63,940 bases of DNA, filler included, from Octopus bimaculoides (GCF_001194135.2; 9 parts of 6 records of this genome joined end to end with filler, not necessarily neighbours in it); one strand, 5' to 3'. Numbered from the whole stretch's first letter, positions 1-13,544 are shown. The notes: generated by a model from the letters alone, not told the origin. Numbers and translations are program-made.

Positions 1-165
1 ATATATATATATATATATACACATATATATGCATAAACTTAGAAAAACCTACATACATATGTGTATGTTTGTATATGTGTACATAAACGCAGACGTTATA
101 CGCATACGAACAACAAACATTATGATCTCATGTATACACGCGCACACGCACGCACACATACACTA

Positions 166-210
<45 letters not shown>

Positions 211-257
211 NNNNNNNNNNNNNNNNNNNNNNNNNNNNNNNNNNNNNNNNNNNNNNN

Positions 258-318
<61 letters not shown>

Positions 319-492
319 GTGTATATATATGTATATATATATATATGCATATATATATGTATGCATGCATAGATATGCACATATATATATACGTACTATA
401 TATGTACATACATTCATGTACATATATATTAGTATATACATATGCATATGCATATATATGTATGTATATATATATATACGCACAAAACATGC

Positions 493-525
<33 letters not shown>

Positions 526-550
526 AAAAGACAGAGACAGAAAGACAGTC

Positions 551-635
<85 letters not shown>

Positions 636-1329
636 ACACATGCATATATACAGATACATACACATGAGGTGGCATCATTCGAAAGCTGAAACAATGCAAA
701 GCGCATTGTGACCAGCGATATGTAATTATATCTGATAGTCTGATCGATCAGGTGATCCCATGCTACGCACGCACAATCACACACACACACACACACACAC
801 ACGTACACACATACACACACATGCAAAGATATATACGTATGTATGTATATATCTGTCTTGACGCCTTCGAACTGTGTGTTCATATTTTCTTTTATTATAA
901 TACATGCACGCACCTAAGCACACACGTGTACATACAGACACACACACATGTATATATACCTAAGTGATTGTTTGTTACAGCTGAACACTCTTTGCTATTA
1001 ACCTGGGAAAGACATTAGGCGCGCATCCTCTGAGGAGTAATCAACAAATCACGAAACGTCCCGTCAAGAGACTTTCCTTTCGAAAGCACAGAAATAATTT
1101 ACTTGCATTGTGATGGATTTCGTCATGATACCCAGCAGCTTTGTTACACTTAGAGGTGCGCACATCTACCACCGCACTCAAACGTACGTGTACAATGATC
1201 TGATGGTCTGTGCATGATTTAAACGCTCCGTTAGATTTGGACTTGAATATACTTTTCGCTGCTGGATTCACATGGATGTTTGTCGGAATGTATTAGATAA
1301 CATTCTTGAGGCTCAATAGTTTTTAAAAC

Positions 1330-1397
<68 letters not shown>

Positions 1398-1406
1398 GCT
1401 ATATAG

Positions 1407-1455
<49 letters not shown>

Positions 1456-2649
1456 CATGTATATACGTATTTATGTATCTATCTACCTGTTCTTATGCAG
1501 TGGGTGAAAAGACGGTATTATTGCATTAGTATGCACACCGATTTGCCTGATACGTATTACTGAATCTACTCACCTGCCGAATGTTTGAAACAGCTGTAAA
1601 ATGCTCGTGACCAATTTTTGCTCGGTTAATCATGTTTCCTTTGCGTTCATATAACGTCATTAGTAAATGATATGAATTATATGATGCCACATATACGTGC
1701 TTGTTCACCTTTCATCTTTATATACACAATCACACACGAATATATATATACATACATATAGATATGTACATACAGACATACGTACATATATATATATANN
1801 NNNNNNNNNNNNNNNNNNNNNNNNNNNNNNNNNNNNNNNNNNNNNNNNNNNNNNNNNNNNNNNNNNNNNNNNNNNNNNNNNNNNNNNNNNNNNNNNNNNN
1901 NNNNNNNNNNNNNNNNNNNNNNNNNNNNNNNNNNNNNNNNNNNNNNNNNNNNNNNNNNNNNNNNNNNNNNNNNNNNNNNNNNNNNNNNNNNNNNNNNNNN
2001 NNNNNNNNNNNNNNNNNNNNNNNNNNNNNNNNNNNNNNNNNNNNNNNNNNNNNNNNNNNNNNNNNNNNNNNNNNNNNNNNNNNNNNNNNNNNNNNNNNNN
2101 NNNNNNNNNNNNNNNNNNNNNNNNNNNNNNNNNNNNNNNNNNNNNNNNNNNNNNNNNNNNNNNNNNNNNATATATATATATATATATATATATACATACG
2201 TATATATATACACATATATACGTTTATATATGTGTGCGAATGTGTGTGAATGTGAGTCATTGTGTATATGCCTGCGCATGCGTAAGTTTTTGTCGATGTA
2301 TGCGTAGGTGTGCGAGCTTGCGTATGTGTGTGTATGCTTATAAGCCTCTGTGTGTGTGTGTGTGTGCATATTTATCTGCGTGTGGTTATAGGTGCGCATA
2401 AGTCTTTGTGTGTGGGTGTGTCATAACAATATGACAAAAAACCACCACCTGAGGTTTCTGTTGAACTTCCTTCCTATGGAGACAGCTACACACATCTTTT
2501 GTGCTTATATAAATGCAGTCCTAATTAATACAGACACAAAAATACCTGTTTACAAGCTCTGTACAATATGTAACAACTCCCACACAAGTAACATACAACA
2601 ACACTATTGATTTTTATCGAAATACAGCGATACTAAATCCCAATACATA

Positions 2650-2689
<40 letters not shown>

Positions 2690-4999
2690 NNNNNNNNNNN
2701 NNNNNNNNNNNNNNNNNNNNNNNNNNNNNNNNNNNNNNNNNNNNNNNNNNNNNNNNNNNNNNNNNNNNNNNNNNNNNNNNNNNNNNNNNNNNNNNNNNNN
2801 NNNNNNNNNNNNNNNNNNNNNNNNNNNNNNNNNNNNNNNNNNNNNNNNNNNNNNNNNNNNNNNNNNNNNNNNNNNNNNNNNNNNNNNNNNNNNNNNNNNN
2901 NNNNNNNNNNNNNNNNNNNNNNNNNNNNNNNNNNNNNNNNNNNNNNNNNNNNNNNNNNNNNNNNNNNNNNNNNNNNNNNNNNNNNNNNNNNNNNNNNNNN
3001 NNNNNNNNNNNNNNNNNNNNNNNNNNNNNNNNNNNNNNNNNNNNNNNNNNNNNNNNNNNNNNNNNNNNNNNNNNNNNNNNNNNNNNNNNNNNNNNNNNNN
3101 NNNNNNNNNNNNNNNNNNNNNNNNNNNNNNNNNNNNNNNNNNNNNNNNNNNNNNNNNNNNNNNNNNNNNNNNNNNNNNNNNNNNNNNNNNNNNNNNNNNN
3201 NNNNNNNNNNNNNNNNNNNNNNNNNNNNNNNNNNNNNNNNNNNNNNNNNNNNNNNNNNNNNNNNNNNNNNNNNNNNNNNNNNNNNNNNNNNNNNNNNNNN
3301 NNNNNNNNNNNNNNNNNNNNNNNNNNNNNNNNNNNNNNNNNNNNNNNNNNNNNNNNNNNNNNNNNNNNNNNNNNNNNNNNNNNNNNNNNNNNNNNNNNNN
3401 NNNNNNNNNNNNNNNNNNNNNNNNNNNNNNNNNNNNNNNNNNNNNNNNNNNNNNNNNNNNNNNNNNNNNNNNNNNNNNNNNNNNNNNNNNNNNNNNNNNN
3501 NNNNNNNNNNNNNNNNNNNNNNNNNNNNNNNNNNNNNNNNNNNNNNNNNNNNNNNNNNNNNNNNNNNNNNNNNNNNNNNNNNNNNNNNNNNNNNNNNNNN
3601 NNNNNNNNNNNNNNNNNNNNNNNNNNNNNNNNNNNNNNNNNNNNNNNNNNNNNNNNNNNNNNNNNNNNNNNNNNNNNNNNNNNGGCTTAAAAGTCAATAT
3701 GGTTGTGGAAGTTTAATATTTTGTTGTGTATTGAATTCCTTAATTTTTGTCAGGCATTTTATGAAACAGTCTTTAGAAATTAATCATAGAAAAATTAGAC
3801 GACAGAACAACGAACAGAAACGGAAAATTTCCCTAAAAACAACCGCAAGAATCAATAATTCAATTTGAAAGAGCAGATAATCGCCATTAAGTCGTGAGAA
3901 ACATTCCAAGTGAATCCAAGTTTTGATATTTGATTCGCCATTTTGCGAGTGAAGGTTCAGTAAGTGACCTTCCACGATGTGGCACACCACCCTCGATTAG
4001 GAAGGGAGGAAGGGGTAAGTGAGTGAGGGAGAGTGTGGAGGAAAATACAAGCACATCTTGATAGTCTGGGTTCGCTCGAGCGTCCCAACATCGTTCGGAA
4101 AGCGGAGGCGAGAGACAAACACAACCACAAAGACATACACGCACACGCACATACAGACATTCGCGCACACATGCACATTCACGCACAAACACATATATTC
4201 GCACACACACACATACTCACATCACATACACGCACACACGCACATTCGCTCACACGCATACACATACGTACATACACGCACTAGCACACACACATACGCG
4301 GGGACACACATTGACTTGCACACTCGCACGCGCTCACACGCACACAAACACACACAAACACATACGCACACGCACACGCTCTCACACACACAAATACATA
4401 CACACACTCGCATACACATACGTACACATGCACACGCACACACGCAGGAACACACACACACATTTGCACACACGAACACACACCCACACACACACACACT
4501 CACAAACACATATACATACACACAGTCGCACACACTAACACACACGTATATATGCACACACAAGCATACACACACACACTCACACAAACACATACACACA
4601 CACACACATGCACTCCTGCACGCACAAACACACACACACACACACTCACATAATATACACATACACACTCACATCACGTACACATACACACAGTCGCACA
4701 CACACACACAAATATACACACATACACACACACACGCATTCGCACACACACACTCACATCACATACACATACACATTCACATCCCATACACATACACACA
4801 GTCGCCCACACACACACAAATACACACACACACACACATACACACACACGCACACACACATTCACACACAGGCATTCGCACACACACACACGCTCACATC
4901 ACATACGCATACACACTCACATCACATACACATACACACAGTCGCACACACACACACACAAATATGCACACATACACACACACACACATACACACACAC

Positions 5000-5400
5000 T
5001 GGGAAAAAGGAGACTTTTGGAAAAATCCATGAAAAATTCACGACAGAACAGCGATCAAGAAAATCCGAACGCTTCAAGATAAAGGCGGCTTCGACAGTTT
5101 GGGATCTTTTGGACATCATTCCAAGGAATTCACCAGAGAATCAACCCGTTTTCATTAAGATTGCTGTTAGTGCCAGAATCGAAGCCGCCAGATTATGGTT
5201 AGAGATTGCAATATACAGGTTTAGCCAAAAGTTACCCGATCGTAAATGAAAATTCCATAAATACTTAATATTCGAAAAATACCTTAGGAATGAGAAGCCA
5301 GGTTCGAAATTTCCCCAAGGCACCTGATGAGGGCTGGAGGTTATATCAGCCGAGACGTTGTGTTAACAACAAACAAGATGAAGACAAATATCCGTCAAAT
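5000..5400 (+). mobile_element. Penelope-associated repeat with degenerate hammerhead ribozyme (5321-5363)
   Basis: cac-CTGATGA-g-GGCTG..CAGCC-GAGAC-GTT-gtg: hammerhead core, 5-bp stem II and short stem I, but GAAA is changed to GAGA. Confidence 0.5.
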
Positions 5401-5421
5401 GTAAAAATTGTAAATAATATA

Positions 5422-5500
<79 letters not shown>

Positions 5501-6099
5501 GTACGCATGCGCGCACGTTTGCTTGTTGTCTGGCAGTCAAATGTTTCAAAGTTGTTCGATACTGGCCTCCTTTTGGGTACGTGTGTGAAGCATTGTCCTC
5601 GAAGGAACTGAAATGTAGATTATGAAGGGGCTTCGAGATTGCCTTGATCGTACATACCCCAGGGTTCTCATTAGGGCTTAAAATACCATACAAAATAGGT
5701 ACAACACAAAAGGGGAGACATCTGGACAAATTCCATCCGTGTCTCTAATATTGGTTTCAAATTTCGGTACAAGGCCAGCAATTTCGGAGAAGGGGGTAAG
5801 TCGATTACAGCGTCCCAAGTGTACAACTGGTACCTGACCACCAACTAATACTCCTTTTTTCCTACTTTCATTTTTTCCTTTTCTCTTTCTCTTTCTTTAT
5901 TCTTTCCTCACCTATTCCTTTTGACCATTCTCCTCCTTTTAACATACACATCTTTTCTCCTCTCTCTATCCACTTAATACTACCACAACATTTTCAAAAT
6001 TTCATTCACACCACAAAACGCCTTTGAATGAACAACACATGGAATCTATATGTACATATATATTTATATGTATGTATAAATATATATATATATGCACTA

Positions 6100-6780
6100 T
6101 CGGTAATGCACTATCGGAACGCTCACGGGTACATCGACAACAGATTAAAAACCCAGAAGTCCGCCAAATACCACTGAGTAACCATCTAGCAACATATGGT
6201 CATCAAACTTTTATTATATTTCCATTCCATAAACTTTACAACCGGAATGAAATTGAAAGAAAATGCAAAGAAAAGGACTTTATTAAGAAATTCAAACCCA
6301 CTCTTAACAAACAATGATTAAATCCATCTTACTTGGGGTTTAAAAATCTTATCCCTGTAACCAAAACACAAAAAATCTCTCAGATATCATCATTTCTATA
6401 AATAGATTTGGCATCATTTCTAAGAACAGCCAAACACCTACTGGGGTTTAANNNNNNNNNNNNNNNNNNNNNNNNNNNNNNNNNNNNNNNNNNNNNNNNN
6501 NNNNNNNNNNNNNNNNNNNNNNNNNNNNNNNNNNNNNNNNNNNNNNNNNNNNNNNNNNNNNNNNNNNNNNNNNNNNNNNNNNNNNNNNNNNNNNNNNNNN
6601 NNNNNNNNNNNNNNNNNNNNNNNNNNNNNNNNNNNNNNNNNNNNNNNNNNNNNNNNNNNNNNNNNNNNNNNNNNNNNNNNNNNNNNNNNNNNNNNNNNNN
6701 NNNNNNNNNNNNNNNNNNNNNNNNNNNNNNNNNNNNNNNNNNNNNAATAGCCCTGAAACTCGAGTCGCCTTTATATATAT
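6100..6780 (+). mobile_element. Penelope-like element 3' fragment (GIY-YIG endonuclease C-terminus plus half hammerhead)
   Basis: IGNALSERSRVHRQQIKNPEVRQIPLSNHL...FIIFPFHKL...EKDFIKKFKPTLN is typical of PLE endonuclease ends. After the N gap, cctGAAACTCGAGTC is a hammerhead 3' half with palindromic stem III. Confidence 0.75.
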
Positions 6781-7243
6781 ATATTTATATTTATATATTT
6801 ATATATGTGATCCTTTATATTGAACACTCAATATTTCATCTACATTCAATACTTTCTTTCATGGTGCCATCCATTTTTATTTTATTTTATTTTATATTAT
6901 ATATTGTATATTATATTATATATTGTATATTCCATATTCTATACCCGACATTAGTTCTGCAGGAATATAAATAAAACATAAAAAACAGACAGTGTTGGAA
7001 CTCTTTCAAGCAAAATAATAGATATATATATATATATATGTATATGCATATATGTATATATATATATATGCATATATACAAATATACACATGCAATACGA
7101 TTCTAACAATCACAACACAAATACTCACAGCCGCACACGCATATACCCACATACATAAACACGTACATGCACACACTTACACACGCCGCCAGGACAATTA
7201 CAGGACACACAGACACAAACACATCCACAACAAACACACAGAG

Positions 7244-7274
<31 letters not shown>

Positions 7275-7302
7275 AACAATACAAATAAAACTTTCACAAA
7301 AA

Positions 7303-7673
7303 TGTTGTTGTTGCTGGCACTTCCGTCGCTTACGACGTCGAGTGTTCCAGTTGATCCGATCAACGGAACAGCCTGCTCGTGAAGTTAACGTGCAAGTGGC
7401 TGAGTACTCCACAGACACGTGTACCCTTAACGTAGTTCTCGGGGATATTTAGCGTGACACAGTGTGACAAGGCTGACCCTTTGAATTACAGGTACAACAG
7501 AAACAGGAAGAAAGAGTGAGAGAAAGTTGTGGTGGAAGAGTACAGCAGGGTTCGCCACCATCCCCTGCCGGAGCCTCGTGGAGCTTTTAGGTGTTTTCGC
7601 TCAATAAACACTCACAACGCCCGGTCTGGGAATCGAAACCGCGATCCTCCGACCGCGAGTCCGCTACCCTAAC
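7303..7673 (-). mobile_element. tRNA-head SINE family A (copy truncated by gap)
   Basis: Reverse complement of the ~380-bp element at 17843, 23245 and 50446; (ACA)n tail. Confidence 0.85.
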
Positions 7674-7683
7674 NNNNNNNNNN

Positions 7684-8037
7684 GAGTGTTCCAGTTGATC
7701 CGATCAACGGAACAGCCTGCTCGTGAAGTTAACGTGCAAGTGGCTGAGTACTCCACAGACACGTGTACCCTTAACGTAGTTCTCGGGGATATTTAGCGTG
7801 ACACAGTGTGACAAGGCTGACCCTTTGAATTACAGGTACAACAGAAACAGGAAGAAAGAGTGAGAGAAAGTTGTGGTGGAAGAGTACAGCAGGGTTCGCC
7901 ACCATCCCCTGCCGGAGCCTCGTGGAGCTTTTAGGTGTTTTCGCTCAATAAACACTCACAACGCCCGGTCTGGGAATCGAAACCGCGATCCTCCGACCGC
8001 GAGTCCGCTACCCTAACCACTGGGCCATTGCGCCTCC
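7684..8037 (-). mobile_element. tRNA-head SINE family A
   Basis: Head ggaggcgcaatggcccagtggttaggg...gtttcgattccc (A and B boxes) on the minus strand. Identical to the 7340-7673 copy over the overlap. Confidence 0.85.
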
Positions 8038-8478
8038 GCTTTCACAAAAGTACACCGAGGCACACGCATACACCACACAGAAAAATGACATACATATACA
8101 CAGGCATGCACACGCACACACACACACGGACACATATCCTCACCACCCTAATAAATATAACACACGCGCACACACACACAGCCCCTGACAAATACAATAA
8201 ACTCTCACACACATACACACTCACACACATGCATACATATGCACCCACATACCCTCATACGTATGCACACTCACACACACACATCACCCGGACAATTATA
8301 ACACTACAATCATGCACAGACGCAGACACACACATACACACATATTCACGCACCCTGACTAACACAGCACACACAAGCAGACACACGCACACACACACAC
8401 AGACCTACACATACACACACACACGAACAACACATATACACACACATGCACAGTCCCATACACACACACACACACACA

Positions 8479-8604
8479 CCACACTGAACACTAAGACCAG
8501 TCAAAAACCACCAAACACATACACAAGCACACACACACACACACAGACACACACACACCACACTGAACTCTAAGATCAGTCAAAAACCACCAAACACATA
8601 CACA

Positions 8605-8647
<43 letters not shown>

Positions 8648-8760
8648 NNNNNNNNNNNNNNNNNNNNNNNNNNNNNNNNNNNNTGAACTCTAAGATCAGT
8701 CAAAAACCACCAAACACATACACAAGCACACACACACACACACACACACACACCCACAGA
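8479..8760 (+). repeat. ~80-bp tandem unit x3 (unique ~45-bp core plus (CA)n)
   Basis: Core ctgaac[a/t]ctaaga[c/t]cagtcaaaaaccaccaaacacatacacaagcac at ~8484, ~8564 and 8684. Confidence 0.8.
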
Positions 8761-9059
8761 CACAGACACACACACGCACACACAGAACCGTGCACACACA
8801 CAGGCACACACTCACACCATCTTGAACTCGAAGACCATTCGAAAAACCACCGAACCATGACAGACCAACCCTGAAAAAAAAAATCCTTTTGATTCCGCAA
8901 ACTGTTCGAAATCAGATCATGTGACTGCTCCCTGCCAACCAACCAGCCAACCAGCCAACCAGCCTCACTATTTCTAAAAATAGCAAACATCCTTGGAAAA
9001 CAAAGATACAAGACTGGCGATGAAGAAAAAAGCTTGGTCATTCCACTAAAATCCTTAGG

Positions 9060-9455
9060 CGCAGGAGTGGCTGTCTGGTAAGTAGCTTGCTTACCAACCA
9101 CATGGTTCCGGGTTCAGTCCCACTGCGTGACACCTTGGGCAAGTGTCTTCTACTGTAGCCTCGAGCCGACCAAAACCTTGTGAGTGGATTTGGTAGACGG
9201 AAACTGAAAGAAGCCTGTCGTATATATGTATATATATGTATGTGTGTTTGTGTGTCTGTGTTTGTCCCCCCTACGTCACTTGACAATCGATGCTGGTGTG
9301 TTTACGTCCCCGTAACCTAGCGGTTCAGCAAAAGGAGACCGATAGAATAAGTACTACTAGGCTTACAAAGAATAAATCCTGGGGTCGATTTGCTCGACTA
9401 AAGGCGGTGCTCCAGCATGGCCGCAGTCAAATGACTGAAACAAGTAAAAGAGTAA
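9060..9455 (+). mobile_element. tRNA-head SINE family B with internal (TA)/(TG) microsatellite
   Basis: Head gcaggagtggctgt.tggtaag...ggttcagtccc; tail ggggtcgat...gctccagcatggccgcagtcaaatgactgaaacaagtaaaagagtaa. Many copies in the window. Confidence 0.85.
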
Positions 9456-10370
9456 GCAATTATGATTTCTGATGAGCTTTTGCCAAAGCAATACATGCTT
9501 TCTCCTATCAAATGCTCTTTTACTAAAACATACATACACACATACACATACACACATACACACACATTTATACGTACTTATTTAATCGACCCAGAAACGA
9601 TGAAAGCGAAAGTCGGCCTCAACCTTATTCGAACTCAGAATGAAAGGCGTCGAAAGAAATGCTGTCGAGCATTTTGTTCGACGCACAATAAACAACAACA
9701 ACAACAGTAATAATGAGGATTCCTTTTATTTTCCATCATGGCTCAATCATACATAGAAGAGATATGTTACAAAATAGATTAAAAAAGACATACTTGTGAG
9801 CCGGGGTGGGGTTTATACAATGAAGATATATAAAAAGGTGGGGGAAGGGCCGAGACGTTATATTGTATATTAAAACATGGTAAATATTTGAAAAATCACA
9901 AAATAATAATTACACAAAATAAATAAGATAATTAGATAAAGCACAGATGTAATTAAATTAATTTAAAGCTACCAAGAAAGCAATTATGTCACCGACGAGT
10001 GAAAAGGTAAGGTGTCACTTGATTGGATTGAATTGCCCCACGATTTTACCCCCACCTGCCACTCCTTGTGTTTGAAACTGGTACACGCAAATGAGGCCTT
10101 AAGCAGATTTTGCATTGTATGGGACAGATGTATATATATATATATATATGTATGTATATATATNNNNNNNNNNNNNNNNNNNNNNNNNNNNNNNNNNNNN
10201 NNNNNNNNNNNNNNNNNNNNNNNNNNNNNNNNNNNNNNNNNNNNNNNNNNNNNNNNNNNNNNNNNNNNNNNNNNNNNNNNNNNNNNNNNNNNNNNNNNNN
10301 NNNNNNNNNNNNNNNNNNNNNNNNNNNNNNNNNNNNNNNNNNNNNNNNNNNNNNNNNNNNNNNNNNNNNN

Positions 10371-10403
<33 letters not shown>

Positions 10404-10764
10404 TGGTTGTTTTGTGATATGATTTAACAATACCGAATCGTCAGGAGGTTTCTGGAAATTCCGCCGCATATTCTCCTCATTAATTAGCATATCTTCCTAC
10501 TAGTCACATTTCAGGGATGCCTAACTTTAATATCAAGACCACATTGCTTGGTAACCGAAGCGTGACGAATCTCGCAACATCTCCGCGGATATGGAGGCCT
10601 TTTCGTATTTTGTTTAGGTTCATTGCTTTATCTTTTTTTTATTTACTGTTTTTGCTCTACCCGGCAATGTTCTGCGTCTGTTCCTCTTGCATTTATTTCA
10701 CGGTACCACTGGTTTAGTAAAAGTTTTACCATACTAGTGGCACACTGGAATTATATATTGCAGA

Positions 10765-10928
10765 ATACTGCAGATGGGTGGGGGCTAGTCGATAACATCG
10801 ACTCCAGTGCGTAACTGGTACTTAATTGAAAGGATGAAAGGCAGAATTTGAACTCAAGATGTAAAGACGGATGAAATGCAGCTAAGCGTTTTACCCGGAG
10901 TGCTAACGATTCTCCTAGTTCACCGCCT
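10765..10928 (-). mobile_element. SINE family C (degenerate)
   Basis: Matches the 61925-62160 copy (tcgac..cagtgcgtaactggtactta...gaatttgaactc). Confidence 0.7.
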
Positions 10929-11039
10929 TAATAATAATAACAATAAAAAAAAAATAATAATGATAATGATAATAACAAAATTGATAATGATGATGATAAT
11001 AGTAAAATTAATAATAATAATAAAGATAATATTAACGAT

Positions 11040-11053
11040 GATGATGATAATAA

Positions 11054-11130
<77 letters not shown>

Positions 11131-11150
11131 ATAATAATAATAATAATTTA
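11040..11150 (+). repeat. Compound trinucleotide microsatellite (GAT)/(AAT)/(AGT)n/(AAT)
   Basis: Seen directly. Confidence 0.95.
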
Positions 11151-11306
11151 TTTTATTGGTGACAATGGCCCAAATTGGAGAGGACTTTACATGGACGAAA
11201 TTACAAAATGATGAGGATGCGTTTAACATCCTCTAAAAAGGCGAAGTGAGAAGAAAACAAAAATCGATAGAAAATATAAGAATAAAATATTAAAAAAAAA
11301 ATATCC

Positions 11307-11406
11307 NNNNNNNNNNNNNNNNNNNNNNNNNNNNNNNNNNNNNNNNNNNNTTAATTAATTAANNNNNNNNNNNNNNNNNNNNNNNNNNNNNNNNNNNNNN
11401 NNNNNN
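11307..11406. other. Artificial scaffold join (44N-TTAATTAATTAA-44N)
   Basis: Exactly 100 bp; the 12-mer has stop codons in all six frames. Identical structure occurs eight times. Confidence 0.95.
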
Positions 11407-11499
11407 ATATATATATTTATATAGGTGAGATTAAGTTAAACATATATATATCATCATCATCATCATCATCATTTAACGTCCGCTTTCCATGCTAGCGAA

Positions 11500-12775
11500 C
11501 TTCAATCTTGCTTGTTTGCAATGTTACACAGCCAGACTGGCACATAATAGGAAAATACTATGAATTAAGGCCTTCCTGAAATGTGAATACAAATGGAATA
11601 AAACAGGTTTCACGTAAATCGGACAACTGGTTCTTGAGATATGGTATGTTTTGGGGGTATAAATACCCCAAATGGTGCATAATGGGAAAATACTCTGAAA
11701 ATAACTTAACCCTGAAAGGGAAGAAACTCTAACCTTTCAATTAGACACATTATGAATGGCAAAAGTCTTGGTGACTTTAATTTGCCAATGAAAAAATATG
11801 AGTTGCTTTTTTGCAATAAATGTTTCTATTCTTGCTTTTGTTAAACACAATATTTTAATCTTCTTAAAATTTTTTTCAAGTGAATATCATTGCAAAACTT
11901 TTTTGGCATATTTAAAAAATATTTTTAAGTGAAAATGACTTTAAAAATACTGTAAGTATTTCATAACAAACCTGTTCGTAATCTCAGTGTGAAATAATTT
12001 TTTCCATAGATTTTTTCAGGAGCATTCAATGTATCTCATCTCCAAAGATTTGGCTGCTATTTCTAACATTCCCTGCTACCACATAACAGCTATTTGCAAT
12101 ACAGGACCTAAAATAGCTGTTACATGGTTGCAGGGCATGCAAGAAGTAGCAGTGAAATCTTTACTTTTGGGGGGAAAGGAGCTGTCTCCGCGTGATTTCG
12201 ATGTCACATTCGCAGAAAGCATGCAAAATAACTGGGAAAAGAAAAGTACAAACCCACAAAACAAAACTCCATTGGTAGAAAACTGAGAGTTTCTCAGGAA
12301 ACTCCGAGGTCCTAACAACCTCCCCATCCTTTCTCTTCAAGAAGAAAGTGGATTGGTTTGCAGTGGGTTTTGGAGGTGAGATACATTGAATGCACTCAGA
12401 AAAACCTGTGGGAAAAATTATTTCACACCGAAGTACAAACAGGTTCTTTATGAAATATTTACCCAAGATCAGGACAGGCATGCAAATAGAAGGGTCAATG
12501 AGACTGATACAGCTGAGTGTCTGGTGGAACAAAGAGAGATCAGGTATCGGACACTTGAAGAGCTGAGTGTCTGGCAAAACAGAGCAAAAGAGACAAAAGC
12601 AGGAGGTGTCATCAATCAGAGGCTCATGTAAAAACAGGCAGAATAAAACAAGTTGTGTGTAAATTGGACCATAGGTTACCAAGGTTTTTTCAGGTATCTT
12701 TATAAATAGTCAAACCGGCATATATAGGGAAAAATGCTTTGAAAGTAAGGTACCATTGAAATGTGAATACACACA
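11500..12775 (+). mobile_element. Decayed DNA-transposon-like remnant, superfamily not assigned
   Basis: Interrupted protein-like reading at 12050-12631 (CNTGPKIAVTWLQGMQEVAVKSLLLGG.../CGKNYFTPKYKQVLYEIFTQDQDRHA...). Imperfect direct repeats at 11536-11592 and 12714-12772. Confidence 0.4.
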
Positions 12776-12792
12776 GAATATATACATATATA

Positions 12793-13009
12793 TTCTTTTA
12801 ATCTCTTACTTGTCTCAGTCATTTGACTGTGGCCATGCTGGAGCACCACTTTTAGTCGACCAAATCGACCCCAGGACTTATTCTTTGTGAGCCTAGTACT
12901 TATTCCATTGGTTTCTTTTGCTGAACTGCTAAGTTATAGGGACGTAAATACACCAGCATCAGTTGTCAAGCGATGTTGGGGGGGGGGGACAAACACAGAC
13001 ACACAAACA
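12793..13009 (-). mobile_element. SINE family B, 3' half
   Basis: Reverse complement of 9250-9455. Confidence 0.8.
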
Positions 13010-13544
13010 TAGTCTCTGGATGCTGGCTTTGTTGGGTGGAAGTACTTATCTCCCATTTGAAAACTTAAGGACACAGAATGCTTGTGTCACGTAAACAACT
13101 AGAAACAGTGTTTCTTGGGGCTAAATAGCAGTAGCATTCTTTCCTTTCCTGAGACTGCCACATTAAGTTGGCAACAAACCATCACTTTATCATGCTGCTA
13201 CTGCATAACTCTCTTTGAGGGATTTAGAAATGCAATATTTCTAATTTTGTAGATCAGTGAATTTATTGCACTTGAAATTCTAAGTTTTCAACAGCAATTT
13301 AGCATCAACAGCTAGCAAAGCCAAGCTACTCCAAACTGATGAAGGGAAACTAGCCTGAAACTAGTCTCTGGATGCTGGTTTTTTTGGGTGGAGGTGCTTA
13401 TCTCCCCTGTTTGAAAACTTAAGGACACATAACGCTTGTGTCATGTAACCAACTAGAAACGGTGTTTTTTGGGGCTAAATAGCAGTAACATTCTTCCCTT
13501 TCCACGGACTGCCACATTAAATTGGCAACAAACCATCACTTTAT
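13010..13544 (+). mobile_element. Penelope-derived or retrozyme-like element: ~185-bp direct repeats with 352-nt period
   Basis: 13010-13190 is repeated at 13362-13544, with a hammerhead at the junction. A further inverted fragment of the family lies at ~53285-53345. Confidence 0.7.
13330..13372 (+). ncRNA. Minimal type I hammerhead ribozyme (predicted cleavage after C13366)
   Basis: TCCAAA-CTGATGA-AGG(gaaactag)CCT-GAA-ACTAGT-C|TCTGGA: intact core, stem I 5/6 paired, 3-bp stem II, palindromic ACTAGT stem III, GUC triplet. Confidence 0.75.

Noticed and set aside
7340-8031. Tandem duplication of SINE A
   Set aside because: Copies are identical across a 10-N gap; most likely an unmerged contig overlap.
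8479-8760. CRISPR-like repeat-spacer pattern
   Set aside because: The spacers are (CA)n, the context is eukaryotic, and there are no cas genes.
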